The position numbers were made by a program, and so were the translations under genes. Under the pieces are notes generated by a model. It was not told the origin of the DNA. It saw only the letters and a list, made by a program, of their open reading frames with translations, and made no database searches. A stretch of DNA of 63,714 nucleotides, counting the filler, from Octopus bimaculoides (lineage: Eukaryota): assembly GCF_001194135.2 (NCBI RefSeq). It is 6 parts of 6 records of this genome, joined end to end, with 100 filler letters (N's around TTAATTAATTAA, not from the genome) between each part and the next. Parts side by side here need not be neighbours in the genome. Positions count along the whole stretch, not along the records: positions 34,365 to 39,324 come from NC_069003.1; positions 39,425 to 51,135 come from NC_069007.1; 4 more parts are not named here. One strand, given 5' to 3'. The number at the start of each line of letters is the position of its first letter. Positions within the stretch are counted from its first letter, which is position 1. Positions 38,742-51,135 of this stretch are shown here, in pieces.

Positions 38742-39135
38742 GCGTAGCTGCGTGGTAACGGCGAACGGGCAGAGACGTCATCACGCCGGGCGAAATGCTT
38801 AGCGGTATTTCGTCTGCCATTACGTTCTGAGTTCAAGTTCCGCCGAGGTCGACTTTGCCTTTCATCCTTTCGGGGTCGATGGAATAAGTACCAGTTACGC
38901 ACTCGGGTCGGTATAAACGACTTAATCCCTTTGTCTGTCCTTGTTTGTCCCCTCTGTGTTTAGCTCCTTGTGGGCAATAAAGAAATAAGAAGCTCGCTTC
39001 ATAACCACATGGTTCCAGGTTCAGTCCCATTGCGTGGCAGCACATTGGGCTAGTGTTTTCTTCTGTAGCCTCGGGTCAACCAAAGCCTTGTGAGTGGATT
39101 TGGTAGACGAAAATTGAAAGAAGCCCTTGTGTATG
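38742..39135 (+). mobile_element. SINE nested inside the head of another SINE
   Basis: Host head gcgtagctgcgtggtaa | guest (cggcgaac..aataaagaaataa, ~38759-38988) | gaagctcgcttc..gttcagtccca..aaagccttgtgagtggatttggtagacg. Confidence 0.8.
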
Positions 39136-39220
39136 TATATATATATATAGGTTCAAAAAAACAACAAAGTGAGGACGTGATACGGATAGTGTTATTGGAC
39201 GCTCGGGAAAGGAAAGAGAG

Positions 39221-39258
39221 AATGTATGACGTTTCGGGCGTAGCCCTTCGTCGGAAAG
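39221..39258 (-). ncRNA. Minimal HHR-like motif typical of Penelope pseudo-LTRs
   Basis: CCGACGA-A-GGGC-UAC-GCCC-GAAA-CGUC; palindromic ACGU stem III; stem I weak. Confidence 0.5.
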
Positions 39259-39424
39259 ATGGAAAGTTCGGAGAATGGAAAAACGGAGAAAGAGGAAAAT
39301 GGTACCGATGCCCACGATATATATNNNNNNNNNNNNNNNNNNNNNNNNNNNNNNNNNNNNNNNNNNNNTTAATTAATTAANNNNNNNNNNNNNNNNNNNN
39401 NNNNNNNNNNNNNNNNNNNNNNNN

Positions 39425-39469
<45 letters not shown>

Positions 39470-39891
39470 TTTCTTTGTATCTCTAAGTAGTTGTTGCTGA
39501 TAAGGCTATCTCGTTTTGCTTCTCACTGATGATGGCATAACATCATTTATTCTCGATATTAATGCTAGAAACAGGAATTTGTGTCCGGGGAAGGTAAACA
39601 AATTGGCACCGGTTGTCAACCATTCTGGGACAAACGCGCGCGCGCACAGACACTTACATACAAGCACACACACACAAGGACACGCACATATATGTATGAC
39701 ATATTTGCACACGGTTTACCTCTAGGAAATCCATTCACAAGCCATTAATCTGTTTGGAGCTATTGTAAAAAACACGCCTAAAGCTGTGAGCCGTGGAACT
39801 GAGTCCCAAAACATGTAGTTAGGAAGCAAACTACACAATCAATATGTGTGTGTGTGTCTCTACATACATACATACATACATACATGCATAC

Positions 39892-39938
<47 letters not shown>

Positions 39939-39942
39939 TATA

Positions 39943-41245
39943 TATGAAGTTATATATAAAAAGTTCCCAGACTAGTTCTGTAGCGCTCCAACAGATGGCA
40001 GCATATGGTTGCGTGCGCACTGAGAGCTAGCAGTGATCTTCATGAGGCAGTGTGGTAAGTGACATCACTGTTTAGTGAGAGCAAGTTGTGAAATTTGTGT
40101 TTTTTGTTTCTTTTTTATCACGTGTACGGTATAGTCTGCGATTGTCATGGACTCGAACAAAGTGCCAACATGAAATTTTGTGATAAATTTGGGAAGTCTG
40201 CCACGGATGCATTGAGCATGCTTCGTCAAGCTTACGGTGATTAGTCGTATGTCAAGTGGCACGGGCGCTTTAAAAACGGGAGAACATACCTGGAAGTCGA
40301 TAAGTGATCCGAAAGACCTGCCACGAGCATCACCCCGGAAATGTAGAGAAAATTCATCAGGTTGTGGGTGAGGATCCTCCGAGGACAATCAACGACACTG
40401 CTGATGCTGTTGGTCTGTCGTATGTGTCCGTGCAGGCGATCGTAACGTCAGAATTGAACGTGCGGCGTGTCAGTGTTAAGTTTGTTTCCTGCCTTCTGAC
40501 CACTGAGCAGAAAGAACATCGCATCAAAGTCTGTCAAGATCTCTGTCAGTGTGTCACTGATGACTTATTCTTCATGTCGAGGATCATCACCAATGACGAG
40601 TGTTGGGTCTACGGGTACAACCCTGAGACGAAGCAGCAGTTGTTGTAATGGAAGAGCCATTCTTCTCCACGACCGAGGAAAGTACGACAGAGTTATGGCT
40701 CAACCAAGAGCTTGTTCATAATCATTTTTGAGATCCGCGTTCTTGTGCGTTGAGTATTCGTCCCTCAGGACCAGACCGTCAATCCAGAGTTCTACTGCAA
40801 CATTTTGAAGTGTTTGAGGGAGGAGATTCGGCGAAAGCGACCGGGTCTGTGGAGCGCAAATAATTGGATTCTTCGCAACAATGCACCCTGTCGCCGTACT
40901 CTGCTCACTCGTGAGTTTCTTGCCAAAAACAACATGCACTTCTGCACCCGCCCTATTCGCTAGATTTAGTACCTGAAAACTTCCATCTCTTCCCCCAAGA
41001 TCAAAAGGTAGCTCAGATGTCACCATTTTAACACCGTTGTCAAGATCCAGAGCGAATCACTGAAAGTCCTCGACTCGCTTACAGAAAACGACTTCCAAGC
41101 CGGATTCAAAATGTGGCAGGAATGCGGGGACCGGTGTATTGCTGCGCAAGGTTACTATTTCGAAGGAGATGATGTTAAAGCTTAGGTAAATAAGTTTTTT
41201 CCATTAAACGTAACTAGTCCAGGAACCTGTTGATACCACCTCGTA
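39943..41245 (+). mobile_element. Near full-length (~1.3 kb) mariner element, inactive
   Basis: HTH MKFCDKFGKSATDALSMLRQAYGD..W..RFKNGR, VSVKFVSCLLT, IITNDECWVYGYNPETKQQ, HPPYSLDL, RCIAAQGYYFEGD; TIRs ..aaaagttcccagactagt and actagtccaggaacctgttgataccacctcg|TA. Confidence 0.92.
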
Positions 41246-41320
41246 CACACACACGTACACACACACGTACACACACACGTACACACACACTCATACACAC
41301 TCATGCAAACACATACACCC

Positions 41321-42088
<768 letters not shown>

Positions 42089-42518
42089 TTATATTCAGGA
42101 AGAAAAATCACAAAGTGTGTGTATGTCTGCATTTGTGTCTGGTTGTGTGTGTGTGTGTGTGTGTGTGTGTTTGTGTGCGTGTGTGCATGTGTGTGCTTGC
42201 GCGTTTGATCTGCCATGCAAAATATTATGATCTGTAGTTATTGATCTCTGACAAATATCCACAACCGTGGAAAGGTACTTACCATGGAAACTTTCTAATG
42301 GTTTTGCCATCATATTATTGTGTGAAGCAATATTTTCTCACATGAATCATATTAAATCTAAAAATCGAACAAGAATTGGTTAACATCTGTTCAAAGAGTA
42401 GCTCTGTTGAAATATTGGTAATTATGAATAGGATGGCATCAAATTTGTTGCAAATAGAAACAATGTTCAGTTTTATATTGATTTCATTTAAAAATAATTA
42501 TTATTTTCTGAAAAACCA

Positions 42519-42576
<58 letters not shown>

Positions 42577-42928
42577 CCTACCTACCTACCTACCTACCTA
42601 CCTACCTATGATGGACTCTCCCATCAATTTCGACGTATGAGGATCCGGTAACCTACACTTTCTTTGTCAGTCATAATGCTTAAGTCGAATGTGACATTTC
42701 AGTCCCGCCAGCGATTTGCAACGAAGCCTGCAGATGTTACAAATATGAGGATTACGGGTCAATGCAGGCGGCATATTTACAACCGCATTTCTCTTTTCCC
42801 TTTCACTCCTTAAGCCTGTTAATGCAGGTTGAAACAAAGTCTCTTATACCAGTTTGACACGACGATTTCCATTTTGTTCGCTCCGAGGTTGTTTGCTCAA
42901 AGGTGTTGTGAGCTAATCGATCAATATA

Positions 42929-42981
<53 letters not shown>

Positions 42982-43064
42982 ATACATTCCAATAGTGATT
43001 AATTTGGAAACAGAATTAGATACAACACACACACACACACACATACACACACATGTATATAATG

Positions 43065-43401
43065 GGTAAAGACCCCCTTCGGTCATGAACGACCATGGGA
43101 TTGCACCTAGAAAATTCCCCTCCGAGGTACGAGTCCAGGCAAATTGTTTATGGAAGATCAGCAGTCGCCCATGCATACCAGCCTCCACTCTCCACACCAT
43201 CGATGTTATCCAAGGGAAAGGCAATTTCCCACACAACTTAGCGCCAGTGACGTCATAACTCATTTCTACAGCTGAGTGAACTGGAGCAACGTAAAATAAA
43301 GTGTCTCGCTCAAGGACACATCACATAGCCCGTCCAAGAATCGTACTCACTACCTCATGATCGTGAGCCCAACGCTCTAACCACTGAACCATGCGCCTTC
43401 A
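43065..43401 (-). mobile_element. tRNA-derived SINE with a conserved central domain (CORE-like)
   Basis: Reverse-complement head tgaaggcgcatggttcagtggttagagcgttgggctc..., central ccagttcactcagctgtagaaatgagt. Confidence 0.8.
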
Positions 43402-43404
43402 GTG

Positions 43405-44460
43405 TACAGGGTGTGTAAGATATTTGAGGACAAGTTTATGTTTATAAAAACATATAATAACAGATAATAACTTTATTTATGAAAACTTTCTATGAGGTTA
43501 AAAAATAAACCTTCAGCTTCAACAACTGCTTCTATATGAGATCCAAATCATCTACATGCTCGAATCAAGTGGTCCTGGTTCATTTTGGACGTTATTCTGA
43601 CTATGGCGGCTTTCAAAGAATCTTTGGTGTTATGGGCATGTTCATTGACCTCTCTCTCAACAATTCTCCACATGTAATAGTCCAATGGATTGAGATCTGG
43701 GGAATTAGGAGGCCAAATGTTTGGGGTTATGTGATCAGGAAAATTTTCAGCTATCCATTCTTGTGTTATTAGAACCATGCGTGATAGTGCAGAGTCTTAC
43801 TGAAACACATATGGCCTTTCATTGCATACACTGTCTATCCAGGGCTTAATAATTATTTCCAGGACGTCAGTGTAGGTGGTAGAGTTAACAATAAGGCCTT
43901 GTGCGAAGAAGTAAGGAGGAATCACATGTCCTTCATTGCTGACAACCCCTAAAACCAAGACAGTTTCAGGAAATTATGTATGTAATTTTGGAATTTCAGA
44001 AGAATCTGCACATAGTCATCTGTCATTTCTTCTTTTTGATCTTGATCGAAGTTTTTCTCGTTTGAGAAAAACCGAATCAAATCTTCACCTGCTGGATTTT
44101 TCAACTTGTTGAAGAGCCTTTTAGATCCGATGTAGTAATTTTCTTTTGCTTTTTCTGACAAAATGACCTTTTCTCATCATGTAAGACTTATATCTGTCGT
44201 TTTCGTGGACAGCATTTCTGACTGTTCTTTCTGACACATGGCGATCTTTTGCAATAGACCTCATGGACTTTCTGGGATTGTAATCAATGGTCTGTTGAAC
44301 TTGCTGGATAAATTCAGTTGTTCTGATGTTTTCAGAGCATTTAGAATGCTTTTTATGCTCTGATACTGGTGATACGTTTCCATCTTCAGTCTCTAACTCC
44401 TTACAAATTTTGTAGACGAAAGATCTAGCAATTTTAAAAATCGAGATATTTCTAAATCGC
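43405..44460 (-). mobile_element. Tc1/mariner superfamily DD37D (maT-type) transposon relic
   Basis: FSNEKNF; FQ*DSALSR...WPPNSPDLNPLDY with exactly 37 residues counted between the second and third D; terminus TA|cagggtgtgtaagata at 43405. Confidence 0.85.
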
Positions 44461-45540
44461 TGTGCTCAGCCTTTATAACCACAATAATAGCATGCCTCTT
44501 CATTTCTTGAGTAAGCTGAGGGTCTGCCATTATTATTTTCTGAAACAAAGAAGATTATACAGAGTTAACAAAAAATGCAGCAATGACCACAAAAAGGTAT
44601 GTCTTCAAATACCTTATGCACTGGTGCTGCAGTATGGGCTAAGTTTAAAGATTGAAACCAATAAATGCAGGGTATGATTTTACTGCTACTTTTAGCAGGC
44701 CGGACGACCACTTTATGTTTACATGCGGCCTATGTTATTATTATTTAACCATAGGTCAATCTTGTTCAAGCACCGCCTATGATCAAGAGAGTTCCAGCCG
44801 TAACCACCCTGCATGCTATTTAATCCTTTTCATATTTCAGACTCACCCTCTGTGCTTCAAGAGAATAGGGTATGATTTGACTGTTATTTCTCGCTTGCTG
44901 AATGACTCCCCTCTCGACTCGTATGTGTACAGTTGTTTTTGCTGTTGTGTTGTAGTCGTCATCGTCGTCATTGTTGTTGTTGCTACTATTGTTGCAGTTG
45001 TTGTTTAGGCCAAGTAGAGTATGATCAAGGCCAATCCGACCGTGAGCATCACGCCTTATTCTATATGCTAGGAACCCGGGGTTGTATTACCCAACGTGTC
45101 CTTCATTAAGACAATTAGATGGCATTTAGCAGCATACTCTAGGGAGTCGACCGACCACATAGAGGCTTACCCGCTGCTTTCGTATGTGTGTGGTGTGATA
45201 TCAGCATGTGTATGTGTGTGCCTGTGTATGTACATTTGTATGTGTCTGTACATGTATGAGCGTCTTTATATGTGCGCGTGTGTATGTGCGTATCTATATA
45301 TGAGTTTGTGTGTATGTGTATGTACATTTTTGTGTGTATATGTTGGACGTGTGCATGTATATATATGTGTATTGTGTATGTATATATGTGTATTGTGTAT
45401 GTATATATGTGTATTTGTTATGTGTATATTTATGTAAATATGTGTGCATGCATATATACATGTGTATGTATTCATGTGTCTCTATATGTGTGTATGTGTA
45501 TGTACATGTGTGTATTGATATATATGCATGTGTATGTGTG

Positions 45541-45579
<39 letters not shown>

Positions 45580-45929
45580 TTGTAGGCGTATACATATTTG
45601 TTTGTATGTATGCGTGTGTGTTTATATATACGTGTGTCTGCGTATGTATTTGTGTGTGAATGCAAATGTGTGTGTATGCGCGTATCTTAGTGCGTGAAGA
45701 TCGTGTTGATAGAATTGCTGAAATTTTGCAACCAAAAAATCATTGAAAATATTAGGATGAGAAATTCCTCCGAGACTTCTCGGCCAGAATCTCATCAATT
45801 TTCCTTGATGCCAAGAATCCCACAACGAAATTTTACAAGAATTCTTCATTGCATTGCTTAAGTAAAGCCCAAAAAACAACTCATGATGTTGTTGATGATG
45901 ATGATGATGATGATGATGATATGATTTAT

Positions 45930-47045
45930 AAGTGGAAAAGATTGTGTGGCTAGTGAATGCAGGTCTTTAGATTTGCATTTGGCCTGTTGTATAGAAGAAC
46001 TTTTAAGTTATGTTGCCAAAGGCAGAGGCTTTTGAAAAAAATACTGTTGAAAAGTGCAAACAGAGGCTGCTCGATGAGAAATCGTGCGCAGAAGGGTATG
46101 GGAAGTACATGGTCAATTCGAAAGACAGACGAATGAAGTAAAAGCGGAGTTTCCATGGAAACAAATTAGTGTAAGTTATGTGGGAAGAAGGTGGAAAGTG
46201 TAACACATATTGAAAGTGCCTGAGACACGCTTTCGTAGAGAGAATATAAAAGGCCCCACGATAAAGTGTGTTTATACCTCCAATGGCCTTTATGCAAGAA
46301 ATATGGGTTCCAAATCATTAAGAAATAATATCAGCCCAATCCAGAGAAGACCCTGGAAGATCGGTCTGTGGAACCTTTTTTTGATTTTACAATCCAGATA
46401 GATACATAGAGTTCTTGAACATAATTTAGGTAGAGAGAGGTACTGTAAAAAGGCGTTTGTTAATTGATATAGCTTGCCTAGGAGAATAATTACACCAATG
46501 GTAACGAAAACGAGAAAATCATAAAGTATGTAGATTTGAGAATAGATGACTCTGGCTGCCCAGTCCTGGCTAAGAAGGAATATATTCACAGACACGACAG
46601 AGTTGGGACCTAGATACACTAGAAGCTATGCTAACACTATAGCATAACAACAGAAAGGGATGGTATAGGCACACGCCAGAAAAGGTTACTGAAAATAAGA
46701 AAGCAACCATACCATGGGATATGCCAATACATACATGCAGAGAAACTAAGGCCAATAGATGTCAGAGGTCACCTAGAAAAAGATGCTTTCTAATCGATGT
46801 ATCAATATCAACAGATGACAATGTTTTTCTAAAAGAAACGGAGAAACTTTCAAAATACAAAGACCTGGAAATAGAGGTAACTCGAAAGTGGAGCCTAAAA
46901 GCAGAAACAATTCCTATCATAGTAAGCGCTTTAGGTATGATAAAAAAAATTCAGACTAATACATAACAAAAACACCAGGACCAACAAGTATATATAACAT
47001 ACAAAAAATAGCACTTCTAGGCACAACACACACCCTACGTAAAAC
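45930..47045 (+). mobile_element. Three adjacent R4/Dong-like LINE fragments (~45930-46200, ~46255-46545, ~46550-47045)
   Basis: ISGKDCVASECRSLDLHL..EELL; HDKVCLYLQW.LCKKYG..FFDFTIQ..LIDIAC; SGCPVLAKKEYIHRHDRV..WDMPIHT..LIDVSI..IPIIVSALG..QKIALLGT. Confidence 0.8.
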
Positions 47046-47850
47046 ACAGGAAAGGAGCAGTGGTAGTTTACTTGATGAGAGACATATAGATGATCTAAAA
47101 GAAGACAATAAAACTAATGGCGACATGACAGATGAACAAAAGGCAATCCACGACAGAATAAAGGCAAGACTACAGGAGAATGATAGCGACATTATTTGCA
47201 ACCTTAAAAAGGTTGATCGATGGAAATTGAATCGAGAAACGAAAAATGTCAATGAAATTCTGAAATACACCAGAACAAACAACATTACAGAAACAAATAA
47301 TAATAACAAGGCAGCAAGTATTGTTGTAGCAGAAAACGTGGGTGTTGATGTCAAGAAAAAGAAACATAACGGGAGTGACAACAGAAAAGATCCATGGTGG
47401 AAAAGAAGAATCCAGGCAGGGTTAGACATGCTCTCGAAGGAAATCAGATTTTATGATTCAGTGCGACCATGAGATAGAGAATAGGAATCCAGACATAGTC
47501 TTAATTGAGAAAGAAAACGAACTATGCTGGATCATAGATATAGCATACCCAGCTGACAACAAGGTATGCGATAAGGAAGAAAGAAAAGTCGAGAGATATG
47601 ACAGGTTAGCTTGGGAAGTTAAGCAGCTGTGGTCGATGAAAAAGGTAGCAGTAGTACCAATAATTGTCGGAGCCCTGGGAACAGTGAGCAAAAATCTCGA
47701 GAAGTACGTGGAACAAATAGGGGCTGTAATAAGGATGGAGCACTTGCAGAAAACAGCACAGCTTGGAACCGCTCGAATACTCTGGAAGGTGCTCGAAAAA
47801 TAAGGGGTGTTACCTTAGTTCACTGGTAGTGAACAGCTGACACTGTAGTA
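47046..47850 (+). mobile_element. Internally deleted R4/Dong-like element (N-terminus fused to RLE, RT missing), followed by (TAA)n
   Basis: ORF 47125-47472 (..DPWWKRRIQ..) runs into ORF 47453-47803 (IQCDHEIENRNPDIV..IIDIAYP..VPIIVGALG..LQKTAQLGTARIL). Confidence 0.85.
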
Positions 47851-47857
47851 CAAAGCA

Positions 47858-47918
<61 letters not shown>

Positions 47919-47931
47919 TAATAATAATAAC

Positions 47932-48490
47932 GATACTGATGCATTACCAGGCAGTGGCTCTCATGCCCTCTGATCTTAACTGATTGGAAGTGTTATCATG
48001 TACATTGTTTTGTCTTGATATAAAAAGATGGGCTACAGCAAATATTCTGCTCAATACCATAGAATTGCTTGTCAGTTGCTTGACCGTAACCAGTTGAGCA
48101 TGTCTCTTAGTAGCTGAGGATATGTGCATCTCTGACCACGAGCAGAAGTAGTGGGGGTGCATCACAGCCATGTGTTGAGAGGAATTCTTTGGGGTTTGGA
48201 TAATTCACCTTTGGAAACATGGGTGTTTTGTTCAACATCTTTAAACAACCCTAATTCAGGGACCTTTTGAGAGGGATGGGCTACTCAACCTGAAGAAAAT
48301 TTTAACTGGGTCCCACCTGCGAGGTCATGCGCTGTTTATCTTGATATGAGATCACCATGTCGCGCACATATGGTTGTGATGAATGTGCCTGGTGTACCCT
48401 TATCAGACGGGTAGTTATGATGGGTATACTGGGTTTCGTATATTTTACCCCAGTGTCACTTTAATGGCATGCACTGCTCTCTCACTCAAT
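47932..48490 (-). mobile_element. Second copy of the (TAA)n-associated ~560-bp element
   Basis: Reverse complement of 16439-16996. Confidence 0.85.
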
Positions 48491-48509
48491 AACAAGAATA
48501 ATGATATTC

Positions 48510-48718
48510 TTTTCTACTATAGGCACAAGGCCTGAAGTTTGGGTTAGGGGACAATCGATTACATCGACCCCAGTATTCAACTTGTACTTAATTTATCGAC
48601 CCCGAAATGATGAAAGGTAAAGTCGACCTCGGCAGAATTTGAACTCAGAACTTAGCGACAGACGAAATACCTCTAATCATTTCGCCCGTCGTGCTAACGA
48701 TTCTGCCAGCTCGCCGCC
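48510..48718 (-). mobile_element. tRNA-derived SINE
   Basis: aaagtcgacctcggcagaatttgaactcagaac..catttcgcccgtcgtgctaacgattctgccagctcgcc. Confidence 0.85.
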
Positions 48719-48788
<70 letters not shown>

Positions 48789-48797
48789 CAACAACAA

Positions 48798-48842
<45 letters not shown>

Positions 48843-48959
48843 GCAAGAGCAAGAATAATAACAATAACAATATTAACAATATTAATAATATTAATAATAT
48901 TAATAATATTAATAATAATAACAACAACAATAATAATAGTTTGACTGTGTAGGCAAAAG

Positions 48960-49660
48960 AGTGATATTGGGATGTTAAACGAGTGTGTGGCTTCAAAACA
49001 ACTGAAAAGTGATATGAAAACGAACCAGAATCTGTGATGGAAAATGATAATCATAAGATCTTGTGGGATTTTTCATTAAAAAAATTGACCATACTATGGA
49101 AGCAAGATAACCAGATCTGATCATAGAGGACAAAATAAACAAAGAGTGTAAGATCATTGATTTTGTATTTCCCTGTGATAAGAGAGACAATAGCAAAAAG
49201 TTTTTTTAAGAATCAAGATAATTGATCTAGCCAGAGAGCTGAGAGACTGTGGGATGCTAAGACAGTAATTATTCCTGTGGTACAACTCCCAAAATGCTAC
49301 CAACAAGACTGAAAGAGACTGGAATTGAAACTTGTACGGTCGATCTGCAGAAAAGTGTCATCCTATATTTTGCAAGAATCATAAGAAAGATTTTTTTAGA
49401 TTTGAGGAAACTTGCTGTCAGGAAGCCTCAAGATAAAATACCTGCTAACAAAATTAGGGTGTACGGGCGTGGTGTCAACAGGATCGAAAAGAGAGAAAAA
49501 AAATGAACAACTACGACGATTAGAAGAGGGAAATACTCAGTTTGTGGACAATGAAGAGAGTGGACGTGATTGGTGCTCTTGGGAGTATCAGCACTCAACT
49601 ACCAGCATGGCTCAAAATGATCGGAACAAATGTAAAAATAAAACGTACAGATAGCTGGAG
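48960..49660 (+). mobile_element. Two further R4/Dong-like RLE fragments (~48960-49410, ~49500-49660)
   Basis: NEPESVMENDNHKILWDF..PDLII..KIIDF; and a frameshifted YDD..REILSLWTMKRVDVIGALGSIS..WLKMIG. Confidence 0.75.
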
Positions 49661-49679
49661 AAATACATATGCTCTCTGG

Positions 49680-49930
49680 TTGTGGAGACGCGTGGCTTAG
49701 TGATTAAGATGTTGGACTCATGAATATAAGATTGCAGTTTCAATTCCTGGACCGGGCGTCGCGTTGTGCTCTTGAGCAAAACACTTCATTTCATGTTGCC
49801 CCAGTCCACTCAACTGACAAAAATAAGTAATCTTGCGACGGACTAGTGTCCCGCCCAAGAGGCAAATATATATACATACGCCACGGAAGCCGGAAAACTA
49901 GCCCTTATGAGTCCATGGGACTCGTGAAGG
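49680..49930 (+). mobile_element. tRNA-derived SINE with CORE-like central domain
   Basis: ggagacgcgtggcttagtgattaag..ttcaattcctggacc..cttgagcaaaacactt..ccagtccactcaactg. Confidence 0.75.
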
Positions 49931-50394
49931 ATGCTAGATATAAGTGTTCACTACGGTCAACCCAGACAAAAAGAAATTGAGACAAGTTCTCAGTTCCGGA
50001 AAGCTGGCCGAGTCGTGTCTGACACATAAAGTCTTAAGTTATCGGGTTAAAAAACTTGTTAAGCGGTATATGAGCTATTAACTGGTGGTTGGGGCTTTGG
50101 TTCCTCAAACGGAATAGAAATGACAGGGTTAAGGTTCACCATCGCTACTCGGCGGCTGTCTCTAGGAGCAACTAGCTTCGCTTCTCTTCGATCCCAGTTG
50201 CAGAAACTGAACGTGATTAAAGAGCGCCAGCTGTTTGATGGTCAGAGTAAATAGCCATTTACCTGTAACGCTTAACGTTCACTCAAATGCAACCCATCTA
50301 CACCCTAACCACCTTCTGTAATGATTTCGTTAAAGTAAATAAATGAACGATAACAGAAGAGCTTAGAGATTTCTCTGTTAATCTATTATTGTAT

Positions 50395-50822
50395 TACTTA
50401 TTTCAGTCATTTGACTGTGGCCAAACTGGGGCAAACCTGTGGCCATGCTGGGGCAAACCTTGGAACTTTTAGTCTAGCAAATCGACCCCAGAACTGTTTT
50501 TTTTTCTAAAAGCCTAATATTTATTCTATCGCTAAGTCATGGAGGCGTAAACACACCAGCGCCGGTGGTCAAGCAGTGGTGGGGGACAAACACATCAAAC
50601 ACACACACACACACACATATGTAATACTTACATACACACACAGTTATATACATATATAAGACGGGCTTCTTTCAGTTTCCGTCTACCAAATCCACTCACA
50701 AGGCTTTGGACGGCCCGAGGCTATAGTAGAAGATACTTATCCAAGGTGCCATGCAGTGGGACTGAACCAAGAACCATATGGTTGAGAAGCAAGTTTCTTA
50801 CCACATAGCCCACGCTTGCGCC
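50395..50822 (-). mobile_element. Full-length tRNA-derived SINE
   Basis: Colinear with 35720-36135. Confidence 0.9.
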
Positions 50823-51088
50823 TATATTTAAGAAATATCCTCACTTCCTTCAAAATGATTGTAAAGAAAAAGTTAGGACGTTTCTTGAGATATCGTGTGT
50901 TGCAGGACTGGCTGACTGTGCTGACTCGTGTTGTATTGTGTCGTATGGGTAGTTAAGTACCTCGCCTAAGCTGGTCTTCTCGGATGTCATCTTTCCTCGC
51001 CTTTGTGCGGTTTAGTCCTCGAGTTTTTATCATGAGAGAAGGAACCTGTATCTGATCATTTGAGCTTGATGCTGTTAATGTTTCGTTT

Positions 51089-51135
<47 letters not shown>

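Noticed and set aside
37589-38820. Poly-Leu/Val/Asn ORFs resembling membrane or low-complexity proteins
   Set aside because: Derived from (GTT)n/(GCT)n tracts plus SINE and LINE pieces.
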